Assembly (NCBI GenBank): GCA_052426225.1
Contig: JBNJNM010000023.1
Span: 372,001-436,000, forward strand
From: Zancudomyces culisetae HAW-14-8
Taxonomy: Eukaryota > Fungi > Kickxellomycota
Length of the DNA stretch: 64,000 nucleotides
Direction: 5' to 3'
Shown here: piece after piece, positions 1-13,389 of the stretch
Layout of the letters: the number at the start of each line of letters is the position of its first letter
Position numbering within the stretch: position 1 is the first letter of the stretch
Notes under the pieces: model-generated
The model's input: only the letters and a program-made list of their open reading frames with translations
The model's database searches: none
What the model was told of the DNA's origin: nothing
Position numbers and translations under genes: made by a program

Positions 1-107
1 CAAGAGGAAAAAGTTCCAATCTAAACATATAAATATAACTAAAAATAAACTTAAATAAAACCGGGGACTAATTTCCCTTATCCTTCTAATCGTATTTCTA
101 TACGACA
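1..107 (-). mobile_element. Partial solo LTR, distant relative of the 37-42 kb gypsy LTR, cut by the window edge
   Basis: Ends ...tttctatacgaca and shares gaaaaagttccaatct and gggg motifs with the LTR end at 37320-37459. Followed by 4 bp (tctc) and the next TG-starting unit. Confidence 0.6.
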
Positions 108-111
108 TCTC

Positions 112-800
112 TGTAGTAATTTTAGATTCCATAAAATTTCTCAGGAAATTTCCGCAACTAAACCTACAAAAAGTTCTGCTAATAGAGGGGGATTGTTACT
201 GGAATAAGTTTTACTTTATTTAACCAGTCAACCCTACCTTTTTAGCTTATATTTAATTTAGTTTTATGTATTTATTACTTCAATAAATGCGATAAAACTG
301 GGTAAAATTACGCCCAACTCCTAATATTTGGTGTGCAAAACAATCAATTTTGGTCCAAATATTAGACTCTGATACCTTTCTGATACCCTTTGAAAATTCT
401 GTTACGCTTCACTACCTATGTTTTTTTTTTGGTTTTAGGTAGGTTTTTGCTCAAATCACAAATTTCAATTTTATAGAGTAAAATCAAGTATTTTAGAGCT
501 AATTTGTATTTTATTTAATGAATAACTTTTAAAAATAAAAAGATAAAACCACCAAACTTGTGGTGGGGTTACTAGTAATATACTAGTACCTGACTAGCTA
601 TTTTATTAAAACTTTATATAATAGAAACCTAAAATAATTAAATAAACTAACGATTTCGCCTACATTTTGGGTGATAATTTCACCTTAGTAATCCCAGATT
701 ACTAGCTCGAACACCCGAGATAACGGTGGTTATTCGGTGTTTGAGAAGCTGTATGCTGTTCACCCAATAGTTTAGCTTGGATAGAACTAAGCATACAACA
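112..800. mobile_element. Putative solo LTR unit (TGTAG...CAACA)
   Basis: TG...CA termini abut neighbouring units at 107 and 803. Confidence 0.45.
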
Positions 801-802
801 TG

Positions 803-1262
803 TGTTGTATAATTAAATTTTACTTATAATTATTTATATTTTTCTTATTTATATATGTATAATATGTATCGTATAATTATTGTTATAAATTATAAACTTA
901 GTTGAAACTATTAGAAACTTAATATAAACATCTGCGTTGATCATAGCTATTTATTTACTAATATAAAGCTTGTTGATAGAATGATATTTATTTCCTTATG
1001 CAATAATTAACACTTTAATACTTTTCCTAGTATTATAAACATATTAATAACTAACTATTGAACTAATACTAACTAAATAAACTAATACTGAAACAATTTA
1101 AATGAGTAATAAACTAATACTCTTAGAAATAACATCAATGAATCAGTTTCATTGAATACTAAAAAAACTAAAACTATAAGTATATTATTAATTTAATTAT
1201 TTCACTTCATAATAAACATATAACATTAGTTTATTTACAAGGGATCATTTAACTATATGACA
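803..1262 (-). mobile_element. Solo LTR, inverted copy of the 46749-47602 unit (minus its nested insert)
   Basis: Long reverse-complement match to 46749-46964 plus 47377-47602. TGTTG...TGACA termini. Confidence 0.85.
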
Positions 1263-1884
1263 TATTGTGGTAATAGTTATTATAGTATATGAATAGGCAA
1301 TGTTTCCCACTGGGTGTTTTCCCTTACATTTGTTTATTTACATAGTATCATTATCGTCTATTTTAATTAACGAAATTTTTATGTTTCAAAATAAATCAGT
1401 GCAATTTATCAAGAGGATAAATATCACTAAAACCACGTGTGTTTAACACGGGGAAATTCGCAAGTTTGAAACATAGAACAATATGATAAGGAAGAAATGG
1501 GTAGAATGATAAACAATGCAAGGAATTTTTAGATATCAATATTATACACAATAATAATGGTATTGTCAAACTATCACACAGTTGTATTTTTGAAAGCTAT
1601 TAATTATATGTTTATAAAACACTCAGAATTATAAAATATAACTAATATAACTTTATAAGTAATTAACGAGATTGTTAAACTTAGTTGTTAATCAAAGGGA
1701 AATGATAACCCTTTTATACAATTAAGTTTGTAATTAATATTAATTTAAAACTATTAATATAACTTATAATTATAAACTATAAAACTTATATTTTTAATAT
1801 ACACAATATTAATGATGTTACATTTAATATTGATCATGTGTATTCATAACAGGAATATAAACATGTAGAACTAACAAGGAGCAT

Positions 1885-2631
1885 TGTTATAAACAATGAG
1901 CTGCTTATAACTTGGACCGTGGAATAGTTTTGCTTGATTAATATTTATTTGGGAGAAGTAAGTATTTATAAAAATATAATATTAGATGTGTATTAAATAT
2001 ATATTTTTCTCTGATGTATCCCAACGGATTTTCGAAGGGTTTATATAATTTTTCATCAGAGAATTTTACTATAAAGAAAAACTTAAAGACAATAAATTTT
2101 AGCTATAAAATTTGACTAAGTAAAATTGAACTAGTTTAAGATATCTACTTATCATTAAACTTTTGATTTTCATTATTGATATTAACATAGATTTGGTTTA
2201 TCAATTTATCATGGTTTTTGTTTATCGATTTTATCATGGTATTAGTTTATCGATTTTATCATAGTTTTTGTTTATCAATTTTAGCATTGATTTTATTTAT
2301 CAATTTTAGCATTGATTTTATTTATCAATTTTGGCATTAGTTTGGTTTATCATTTTATCATGGATTTGGTTTATCATTTTATCATGAATTTGGTATATCC
2401 AATTTTTTACTAGGATTTTTGATAGAATTAATTATTGGAAAATTTCTAGAACATTCTATGTAAATTTTCCCAATAATAATATCTGAGATCTCATATTGAA
2501 TTTTGCAAACATGGTTCCAATGTCGGAATGGCATATTAGAAAACCGGAAATGAAATAAAAAAATAGGTTAGATTTTTAGTAGGCCAAATTGTAACTAAAA
2601 ATTATGTTCCGGGAATTGGTCATTCCTAACA
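1885..2631. mobile_element. Solo LTR relic, inverted homolog of 4718-5273
   Basis: Termini tgttataaac...ttcctaaca mirror tgttagga...tttataaca. Internal match 2005-2045 vs 5146-5190. Confidence 0.6.
2180..2400. repeat. Minisatellite, about 8 copies of a 24-25 bp unit (ttggtttatcaattttatcatg-like), inside the LTR relic
   Basis: Tandem units directly visible. Confidence 0.85.
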
Positions 2632-2864
2632 CTTGGGGAACTGACGGAAAGCGTCCGACAGATCCAGATTCGTAGAAGCCCGGAGAGCATGTCGGTAGAT
2701 ACATCATCTCCGACGGGATATAGGGATAGTGTCTCATCCGAGAACATCCTGATGAACATTCAGTTACACAAATTGAGTGTAACCGAGAGCACAGAACAAG
2801 CTCCTACAAGTTTGGCACGTGGTAGAGCGCGAGTGGGATTACCGAAAGATCCCACTCTGCGACA
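2632..2864 (+). mobile_element. Truncated end of an ORF-bearing LTR related to 48538-49303
   Basis: Translates LGELTESVRQIQIRRSPESMSVDTSSPT vs LGELTESVRQLQIRRSPEEMSVSTISPT on the minus strand at ~48690-48770. Both end in tgcgaca. Confidence 0.75.
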
Positions 2865-2953
2865 CCATGAAAGTCAGTATTTTTTTGCATTTATCTTCGC
2901 GGTTAGCCTTTTTTTACATTATATAATTATCCTTTAGGTTATTTTACATATCC

Positions 2954-3537
2954 TGTTAAAAACGTCAAGCTATTAGTATAATACCTTGATGCGTGTAAAA
3001 GAGGATATTAATTTAGTTAGTCAAATATTCTAAAGTTAAACCTGTACATTGTACAAAAATTCAAACTAAAAAACTTTGAGATACAATTAATGATCGATAA
3101 TATGTAGCCAGATGTAGGTATACTACAATTTTTGTCATTTGTGTTAGGTTTTATTCAAGTTTATTTATAATATATATTTTGAAGAATATTAACTTCCTAA
3201 ATGAAGCAAATATTTTTCACTGCCTCTTCCATCGACGTTTTTGTCAGGGTTTAAATACTTGTAGAGACAGGTAAAAAATAAGACAAAATATTCATGTGCA
3301 TGAAGTTACTTAACATTATGTGAGTTTCAGGATGTTAATCACATCCAGACATTTACATAGATGTTAATCCCGTTGGATATTTTTCTCCTAGATGTTAACG
3401 TGATTAATATCGTTAACATGATGCGTTACTAATTATGTGATTGTAATATTGCGAGTTCACGTTACAATTAAATTAGTAATAAATTAATTAATTAATTAAA
3501 ACTATTTAAGCTAAATTGAAATAACTAATTCATAACA
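2954..3537. mobile_element. Solo LTR relic, inverted homolog of 5425-6243
   Basis: TGTT...AACA termini. Reverse-complement matches 3181-3260 vs 5941-6020 and 3442-3469 vs 5506-5535. Confidence 0.65.
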
Positions 3538-4717
3538 CTATCCCTTGCCAGTGATAGAAAAAATATTTGAAGCATTGGCCGGCTCCGCAGTCTATAGCGT
3601 ATTAGGCGCACTATCCGGATTCTGGCAAATAAGAATCAAAGAGGAGGATAAACTTAAGACAGCATTTTTGTTTCCCGGAGAAGGTTTATTCTGTTACAAC
3701 GTGATGCCCTTTGGGTTATCAAACAGTCCAGCCACACAATAAAGGCTGATGGAAAAGATGCTTACTCCAGTTCTATGAAAACCCGTAGTAGTTTTGATAG
3801 TGTCATTGTAGTATTTTCAAGTAGTATCAATAATCTTATTGCTGACTTGCAAGTCGTATTCGATTTTCTTCGAAATGCGAAAATAAAACTAAATTATACT
3901 AAATGCGTTTTCGCCCGGGAACGCATGAGTATTTAGGTCAAATTAAAAGTGGCAACGGGATCGAAACCAATTCTACTATAACCGCGGCAGTTGCTCGTCT
4001 AAGTTACTCTCAACAATCAAAGAAGTTCAAAGTTTTCTGGGCATGACGGGCTACTATAGAAAATTCGTTGACAATTATGCCGCTATTACCAGACCATTGA
4101 CTAAATTACTAAGAAAAGATGTACCATGAAGATGGACAGAGGAATGTGCACAAGCAGTGGATATACTAAATAGATAATTGAATGAGGCTCCCATTCTTAA
4201 GTACCCGGATTAGAATAAGCAATTCACAATCTCTACAGATGCTACATCAAAGGGATTTGATGCTATTCTAAGCCAGTCGAAAATAATAAGGAATTCCCAA
4301 TTGCCTAAGCGAGGTGATCGCTGACAAAATCAGAGCGCAAAATTTCTGCAACCCGTTTGGAAGAACTAGGAGTTATTTGGGCTGTAAACTACTTAGGAAC
4401 TATATTTGGGGAAGGAAGTTCAGAATAATCACAGACCATTCAGCTCTAATAAGCCTATTTCATGACAAGCAAGCTACGGGTAGATTGGCACGATGGGCTT
4501 TAATACTAAAAGAATATGACTTTGAGATTTCCCATCGAAAAGGTTCGCTCAATACTGCAGAATATCTCTCACGTTCAACCGACAATATCAACATTTAAGA
4601 TGAAATAAAGCGAGAAGAGAATGAAGAAAATCACATAACCCTATTCAGTATTGAGATAAATATTACATGTCAATTAAGCAGTACTTGACATACCAGCCAT
4701 ATCCATTTGTTGCTGAC
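3538..4717 (+). pseudogene. Decayed Ty3/gypsy pol fragment (RT-RNase H)
   Basis: [38 protein letters not shown] and TDHSAL motifs, collinear with the intact 1473-aa polyprotein, with many stops and frameshifts. Confidence 0.92.
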
Positions 4718-5273
4718 TGTTAGGAATTGTTTGTAAATAAATTCATGTTTACATAATTCACCATGACCAAATCAAGAAGGTTACAAAATGAAATTGTAAC
4801 CATATACAAATTACTATAATGTAACTAAGTACAAATTAATTAAATGTAACTAAATACAAATTATTAAATTTATCTAACCAAGTCAAGTTAAAATTAATTT
4901 CGTGATCAAATTCCATTTAAAATCATTCACAGACCATTTTAGAAAATAAGAAACCTTAGAAAAAATTTCGAAACAAATAACTCAAATAATCGTCAGAATA
5001 AACAAGAATGACGCAATCATTGGCACTCTAAACTCACGGTAGTTAACCACGTTAGTTATTCATAAGTTTAATAGTCAAATTTATAGTTTGATAGCAACTT
5101 TACTTAAGAAAATTTTATATGGAAAAATCTCCGGAGTAAAAGTATAAAAACCCTTTCGAAATCCATCGAAAGAGAACTTCAGAGAAAAATATCTTATTCA
5201 CTATTGAATACCATATTTCTAAATAATAAAATAATTTTAAATAATATATCTTAAATATAATTTATTTATAACA
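4718..5273. mobile_element. Solo LTR relic
   Basis: TGTTAGG...TAACA, truncates the pol fragment, homologous to 1885-2631. Confidence 0.6.
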
Positions 5274-5424
5274 TGTTGGTCTATCTACTTTTGTTTTCGC
5301 TATCTTCTTAATTTAAAAATTTTAATACACCTATTGATGCTGATAACGCCATTGTTGTTAATGGTTTCTTTAATATGTTTATACTCAGATATTTTTTATC
5401 TCTTTTGTTTAGTAACTTGCTTTA

Positions 5425-6243
5425 TGTTATTAATTAACCTAATAGCTTAAATTTAATAATTACCTAGAATTATTTATATTAATAAAATTAATTTGGTACA
5501 AACATAATTGTAACGTGAACATGCAACATTACAATCTAGAAATAATTTCCCAAAAGGATTTACATCGCTGGGAACATACAGGATGTGAATCATCCATTCT
5601 GAAACTTCACTGAATTTTTAAGATTTCTAGAATATGATAGTGTTGTAATGTCAACAACAATCTAACGATGTTTACATAAGCCGTCCTAAAAATAGATATA
5701 ACTTATAGGAACTAAAGAAGCCTGATAATGACAATAAATATAGAAAGGAAAAAGAGACCTAAAAAGGGAGAACGGCTTTTGGGAATATCTTTAGTATCTT
5801 AAAAAATCATTTTAGTATCTATTAAACAGAAACATGGTTAGGACCTAGGGTCTTGAGAAACATATAAATAAACAGCATATATTATCATAACAACACGTGG
5901 TCATTTACCACAATAGTTTATGGATTTTTCACTGACCTATTCAAGTATTTAAACCTCGACAAAAACGTCGATGGAAGAGGCAGTGAAAATATCCTCTTCA
6001 TTATTTAGAAGTTGAATTTCTCTAAATTATTCTCTATTCTATAAACAAATCAATAAAATTAACACTTTATAATAATATTATGCTCTCTCCTCTCATCCGT
6101 AACTATAAGGAACTAACCAATAGGAATCATTAACCATTACATTAGTTAGTATATAAATCTTTATCAAAGCTATTTGTAAACGTTAAGTCTTTTAATCTAG
6201 TTTATTTAGTATCTATACTAATGTAATAAAGCCAATCATAACA
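5425..6243. mobile_element. Solo LTR relic with a nested TG...CA insert (5641-5912, TSD atag)
   Basis: Homology to 2954-3537 resumes on both sides of the insert, and atag flanks it at 5637-5640 and 5913-5916. Confidence 0.55.
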
Positions 6244-9091
6244 GTAACTCTTTAAGTCTCCAATATATGAAAACGATAATACGCTAAAGCCTGTTGGAAA
6301 AAAACTCCTTTCAGAAAGTATAAACCTATGAATTTATCTTATGACTAACAATAATAGGTTGAAATTTTAAAATGAACTGTTAAATGATTTCTCTATGCAC
6401 CAATTCTATTGAATAATTATACTTTAAACATATATCTATTTTAAATTTTATAATTATAGTCTAGAGTTGTGGTATTAAGGAGTATTAACTATTCACAAAT
6501 CGAAGAATTCAATACACAAAATTTACACATCATTATTATTTCAATATGACTATTGTGAGATCTTGAATTATTTTATTAATTACAATATGATAGTATTCTA
6601 AAATTTAAAATCGCTTTTCAAATCTCTACCTAAATATTTTATAATATACTACAGTTGTCATAAAAATTAAAATATTATAGGCTGGACTAATATTTCATAG
6701 ATTTTTAATGCAATATTTACTAATAATAACGAGTGCCGTAGCCGACAGTAGAAATTATTGATAATAAATATTAACGTAAATCGGATAACTTACAAAGAGT
6801 CAGATATAAGAAAATAAGAAGATAAAAAGACTGAAAAAGAAGTAGGGAAAATTAGTTCGTACTTTTGGCAGTAAGTTATTAGAGTTAGTTAAGTAGATAC
6901 ACCTAAATAAAGTTACAATATAAGTTGCAACACGACACTAGTATCTAATTTACTTTTATTATACAGTTTATAATTCATGATAGCATTTTAAAAAAATTTA
7001 AATATCTTTTCTTTTATGTTTATTTTTTTATAGCAATTGTAATTCCAATGAAATTAGCATTTAGCTAAGTATTCCCTTAATAGCTTTTATTATCTAAAAT
7101 CTACAATAATATTTACTTTATAATTTTTATATGTTGATTAGTAATGTGTCTGCACAGTGTAACTATTTACCATTTCTATTAATATATAACAATTACACTT
7201 ACAATCATTTAATACAATCATTTTAGTACCTGAAGCAGATTTTTTGTATTCCAACTATTACTTTTTTGAAGAGTCGATTATTATACATTTAATTGTTTCT
7301 GTTTATTTTTTGTTTTAATTTCTCACTAATTCTATTAACTAGACTTATCTCTTTAACTTTGGGTTTAATATATTATTTTAAAACATATTAATATTTTTTT
7401 AAATTTTCAAAAGTGGCTGGGGTCTGATTTAACTGTTTTTATGAATTCTAATAACACTATAATATCATAACTAAGAATATATAAATGCATTACTGAATTC
7501 TGCATAATACTCAGTTTAGAAAGAACATGACTCCGGCTCAAATTTATACTAGTTTTACATTTGTTTTTAAAAGATAAAAGAGCAAAGCATATCTTTGCAC
7601 AGTCAATAATAAAATAAACACGTCCAACTTATCTAATGTAACAAGCGTTGTTACAATTATGTATTTTTCTGTTGCGATTTGCTTCAATCAGCATAATACT
7701 TTTTTTTTTGATTCTTTTTATCAGATCATTGACAATAATGTGAAATTTTGGACTAAAAAATTAGTACAATATCCATAACCATTAAATAATTCATCTTCAT
7801 CCTATCAGAGATAGGTTTAAAACTGAAAAAATACAATAGAGGTAAGAGAAGATGTATAATACAGGTAGTAGAAAGCCTGCTGTTCGAAGTTGAAAAAATA
7901 TATTCTTTGTGCTTAACTTGTCTCTGAACTATCTTTAATGCGAACAACAGTTGATTGAATGAACTAAACTGTGATATACATTGTTTCTACGGAAGATTTA
8001 TTTTAATTAGCCATCCATTGTTTTACCATTATTCTGGCAACAACACTATATTTAGTTGAGGATAAGTCTGTATGGAAAAAAATGAAAGACGTCACATGTG
8101 CTGCTCCAATTTTTATTAAACGAGATTATAAAATGAAGTTATGTAGTTCATAGTTGTTTATTTTTTCTCTGGAGTATAGTTATAAAACGAATGTAAGTAG
8201 TACAAGAGAATAAGACTATTCAGTTGCTGGTAGCATTATTTGCTTAACGGATCTTTGCGCTTATGTTAGTTTTATCAACACAAATACCTGTGACTCTAAA
8301 TCTGGCCAATTGGTTGGATGTTTTAAGCAGGGTTAACTTTTAAAACGCAAACTAACACTTATTCTAGAACTTGCGTAATTTTTTCCACCTTGTTATTATT
8401 GAAGTTCAAGGTATTTGATTGTATTCCTCTTACTTTATAAATAGCTATTACCTATATATATAATTATTTCCCCTACCTTCCAAATTTTTTGCGGTTGTAT
8501 TTATTTGGTTCGTGAAAACATCACTTGGCCTGCCCAGTGACCAATTGTGAAGTAAAAAATGAGATGTACTTATAGGCCATTTGCAAAATTCGCTTTTCCC
8601 ATTCCTACTATATTATCCAATGAATTTATTTAATTACTAATGAAGATAAATAGCCTAGTTGGAAACCCACAAAAATAGTGTTATAATTATATCGCATCCA
8701 ATCAAGCAACAGTGAAATAACAAAAAAATTAGGGCAAACAAGGGGCTAAAAAAAATAAGCGTAGTGGTATTTTCCAGTTTATGAACTTCATCGGTTCCAA
8801 ATACTGCCTATAATTTCCTTAATAGCCGTAACTCTTGTATTTGCGCAGTTTACTAGATTACACATGTTTTATTACTGAATTTGGAACTCAGCAATTTTCT
8901 TTATTAAAATTTAAGAACAATAACTATATTTAATATACCCAATATATCCAAATAGGAAATAGTTTTGTTTGCAGACTTTAAAATCACAATTATCTCTATA
9001 CTTAGATAACTTTGTGTATAGATACGCAAAATATACAAAAATTGGAGTTAACAGTAAATTACAAAGCGATACAAAGGATAATTCAAACATA

Positions 9092-10760
9092 ATGGACAAA
9101 AAGGCGGCCTACAGACCTACTCCACCAAGAGTACATGAACTCAATGCAGTGAATGAGGAGGAATTGGAAGAGGGTCCCAGAAATATAATATTGAGCATGA
9201 TTGCGCAGCTCGGAACAAATCTAGACTTGAGCAGGGTCACACTACCAACTTTTGTTCTTGAGCCCCGAAGCTTTACAGAGCGAATTACCGATTTTATGAC
9301 GTACCCCGATATTTTGCTAAGGTAAAGGCGGAGTTCTAGCCTTTTATTAACACATAAACTCCAATAATTTTTTCATACGCTAACACTTTCAACATAATGT
9401 TTAGGGCAATCGATGAAAAAGATCCTATAGAACGATTCATGTTGGTCTGTAAATACTACATGGCGGGATGGAGAACCCACCCAAAGGTAAAACGCCAATA
9501 TAATGTTACATTCTACCACTTTTAACTTGTTGTAGATGATAACGGCGATACTCAAGCGTATATTGGTCTTTCTAACGAATAGGGGGTCAAAAAGCCTTAC
9601 AATCCCATATTGGGAGAGTTTTTCAGGTGTAGAGTAGATTGCCAGGAAAATGACACAGGTATATATTATTTATCGGAGCAGGTATCTCATCATCCACCGA
9701 TTTCAGCTTTCACCACTGTGTGTCCTAAAAAGGGTCTGTATATCTCGGGAGAATTGCGACCCAAGGGCCGTTTTCAAATGAACACAGTAGTAGTAACGCT
9801 TGGTGGGAACAGCACAATCAACTTTTTGAAGCACAACGAAAAGTACGAAGTGACATATCCCAGTATGTATGCAAGAGGAATACTTGTGGGGAAAATGGTG
9901 ATTGAATTGGGAGGAAAGGCAACAATCAAGTGCGAAAAAAATGACTTGATATTTAAGGTTGACTTTAAGACCAGGGGTTTCTTTGGTGGAGAATACAATC
10001 AAATTTCAGCCAAAGTATGCAAAATGTCAACAGATGCCACTTTGTACGAAATCTACGGCGATTGGCAGCACGTCCTTTATTACAAAGTAAGCCCGTCTCT
10101 TTCTATTTTTCTTTCTTGTTAGTTTTGACTCAAAAATAAGTACAAGCGTTTTAATTGTTGTAAAGTTACTCAAGCCTCTATTAATATTTTGTAGAAGAAA
10201 TCAGCTTCTTCTGAAGCCGAGCACGTATTTTTCGATTCAAATACTGAACAACTGAGACAGTTAGTAGCAGAGCCAATTGAGAACCAGAATGAGTTTGAAT
10301 CACGAAGGTACACATTTTTTCAGGATTTATCTTTGTAATATTAGAAACAGCTTTGCATTTTAAGCAACAAGTAACAAATTTATGGATTTGATGTAGACTC
10401 TGGAACCCTGTTACATTGGCCCTAAAAGTAAAGAACCTAGATAAGGCCACTGAAGAAAAAACAAAAATAGAAAACCTCCAACGCGAGATGGCAAAGGAGC
10501 GTGAAGCCAAGAAAATAGAATGGGTTCCAAAGTATTTCACCTACAACAAAGCCAGTGATTCATATAGCCTCAAGTTATTAAAGTAAGTTTATTCAGCGTC
10601 TACTTTTTATGTGTAACAAAATTCTAATACCAAGAAAACAACTGGGAATAAAAATGTTGAATATATAACCTAAATGCGATATTGTACAAATTACAAACAT
10701 AGGCAGCACAAAATGGATGCTTTGACAGATGAAATTGTCAAACCTTTTATGTTTGGTTAG
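9092..10760 (+). CDS. Oxysterol-binding protein family (Osh6/Osh7-like), 5-6 exons
   Basis: DLSRVTLPTFVLEPRS, KKPYNPILGEFF and EQVSHHPP signature. Exons ~9092-9321, 9405-9487, 9583-10086, 10195-10307, 10397-10582 and probably 10703-10760 (alternative stop at 10586). Confidence 0.9.
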
Positions 10761-11346
10761 CTTTTCCATCTAGAATTTCTTGTAATTTGCTATAGTAGTT
10801 TTTCAGCTTTTCCGTTTCCATGTCCGATTTTCCGACTGTATGCTCGTTGTTGTTTACTTTCAATAAATCACTAAAGTCATCATAAATTCCCCCGATTTTT
10901 TCATCAGGCTGAATACTCTGTGCATTTTTGGTGGCAGCTGGTATATATTTTTTGGATCTACTAGATACGCTTACTCTTATGCGCCTGCCATTAAAATCCA
11001 TATTATTAGAAATGGATAACGCTCTCTCAAAAATACTTTCCATTTCTTGAAATTCCTCTTCACTGGGAAATGATGGATTTTCCTCCTCAGGTGAACCTAT
11101 TGGCGGTCGATCTCCAACTATATACGAAACAAAGGCAAATCCCCTATCTCGTCCATCTGGATGTCTTGGGACGAATACTTTATCTATTTTTCCAAATTGA
11201 CGAAAACAATCACGCAATTGTTCCGCGGTAGAGCCCCATGGCAGACCGCTGACGTGCAATGACCTGCAGCAAAATGTTCGCTTTGTATGCCGGATATAAA
11301 TCGAAGCGAGATTTGTAGTGGTTTTGATTTTCCCTGCTACATTCAT
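10747..11346 (-). CDS. RRM RNA-binding protein, possibly mitochondrial
   Basis: RNP2 LHVSGL and RNP1 RGFAFVSY, with a basic N-terminal extension. Confidence 0.85.
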   Translation of the reverse strand: MNVAGKIKTTTNLASIYIRHTKRTFCCRSLHVSGLPWGSTAEQLRDCFRQFGKIDKVFVPRHPDGRDRGFAFVSYIVGDRPPIGSPEEENPSFPSEEEFQEMESIFERALSISNNMDFNGRRIRVSVSSRSKKYIPAATKNAQSIQPDEKIGGIYDDFSDLLKVNNNEHTVGKSDMETEKLKNYYSKLQEILDGKANQT

Positions 11347-13389
11347 GTTTTTTTTTTACGGGGAGAGTATTTTTTACTTTTTTCCTTTGTGTTGATATTT
11401 GGGTATTAATCCTATGTTTTAGAGTGCTTAAATCTGTGGTTTCTTATAATCAATCGTATTTTTTGGAATAAGGCCAACTCAAATGTTGTAATAAATTGAC
11501 TATCACACCTTTAACTTTTGAATGATTTGAAATGGTAATTTATTAAAAATTACTATCTAAATTTATTTTTTGGTGAGTTGGTCAGGCTATATTCGGATTG
11601 GATAAAAAAAAACTCAAAGAAACATCCTGGGCCTGAGCCTGAAGTAGCTAAGCATCCCCGGCAAGCAAGAGGTATTTATAGACTCTAATCCTTCTTAAGG
11701 TAGTGGCTTGATATTCCTCAAGGTCGAAAATGAACTGGATAGCAAAAAAAATTTGTTGAAAGTATAAAAGAGATATATAATTATACTGGTGATGGCATAG
11801 CACAATGCATTGTACAAGCTTATGAAAAGCAAGCTACACTTAATAAGGATCCTTTTTTTACAAAAAGCGTTACCCTCTTTATAGCACCATATCTGGTTTA
11901 AGGATAGTTAAGATTTTAATAAGCTCTGGGCTCCATGAATTTAGCACACATTGGCTCTTCTTAAACACGATTTGCTTTGTGATACCATAAAGAAAAGAAC
12001 CAAATTCTTTATCAACATTAAGAGAAATGTCTCTGGACATTTTCTGAGTGCTCTCAGATCTCAAGGCTTAATGGCTGGACTGTCACAACTTTTCTTATAT
12101 GAAACACACCCTGCTGAAAGAACACAGTGTTGGTTACTTGACTAGCAATTGGAGTTTCGCGTTTGAGTAGCAAAAAAAGAGGTGTATCTTTACACAATAC
12201 GAGTTGTGAGTGCCAAAGACATAAACTAAAAAAAAGCTGCTCTATTTGTGATACAGCATTCAAATAAACGCTTAACCGCCAAAACATGTTTCCAGCTTTT
12301 GCCACTTCAAGTAGGGGAAGGAAATGCCATTTTCACCAGCCTATCATGCGTTTGTAATTAGTTCAGCACTATTCATACTTGTAAATGCTGAATAGAGGCT
12401 TACTTTGTATAGGGATGGAGAGTATTTCGTGTTTGTTTCTATGGGGGGAAAAAAATACTGGCAAATTCAGTGTTATATGATTATCAATAGGAAATATATC
12501 ATTTCAATTTAATCAAATCACAAATAGGTTTCTAATTTTCAATAGAGAAAGTGATAGAGATTTGTCATGAAAGATTTGACGTGTAATATTCGCCATTTCT
12601 TCCTTGTTGGGGAAGATTGTGATATCGTTATTGGACAATTTTAGTGCAAAGCCTTTAATTTTTATTCAGAATGCTGAAAAAAAAGGGTATTGCTGACAAG
12701 TGCAAAAAGAAAAGGTTGATATGTCGGTTGGATGACAATCCACAACAAAGGAGGCAAATAGTTGGATATATAAAAGAACATCAAAAAGTAAAATTATAGG
12801 TAACTGTAATTATGCGAAAAGTATTCACTGAACCCAACATTGAGTATGTTGCACCACGACCATCTCAATTAAAAGCCAAAAGATAAAAAAATAAGAGCAA
12901 ATTGTGTTTTATGGTGTGCTAGATTTTTATGCAGCAAAAAGCGGAAAGGAGAAATAAAAATAAAAAATAGCCTAAAAGGCTGGGAGTATTTAACCTGTAA
13001 CAGAAAAGCATTGAATTTTTGCATTCACAAGGATAAAGTCAAAACTCAGGTTTGGGGACCATATTATGAGATCAAACAATTTGTTGTAACATTCAACAAA
13101 CCAGTACCAAATACCAAACTTGAAAATCATTCAGTACTAAAACCCAGAAAACAAGGTGTAGTCAGGAATAAATGACAAACCAACACAAGGTCTGATAGGT
13201 GAAGTTTGATGTTTACTTTGGCTTGCTTTTTTTTTGATCAATCTCACTGAATTTCGGACTCACAACATTAACAAAAATAATGAGATGACCAAGTTTGCAT
13301 GAAATATTTTGGGTATAAAAGCAGTATTATATTCGGGTTACTAAAAAGTAAAACAAAAAAAATATCATAGAAAAGCAAAATAGACAAAA

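Noticed and set aside
6656-6937. TGTC...GACA segment as a solo LTR
   Set aside because: No matching TSD and no second copy in the window.
8969-9091. TTG-initiated N-terminal extension of the OSBP ORF
   Set aside because: Non-ATG start from the ORF caller. ATG 9092 fits a eukaryotic gene.
11879-12305. Short overlapping ORFs
   Set aside because: No motifs and no consistent splice model.
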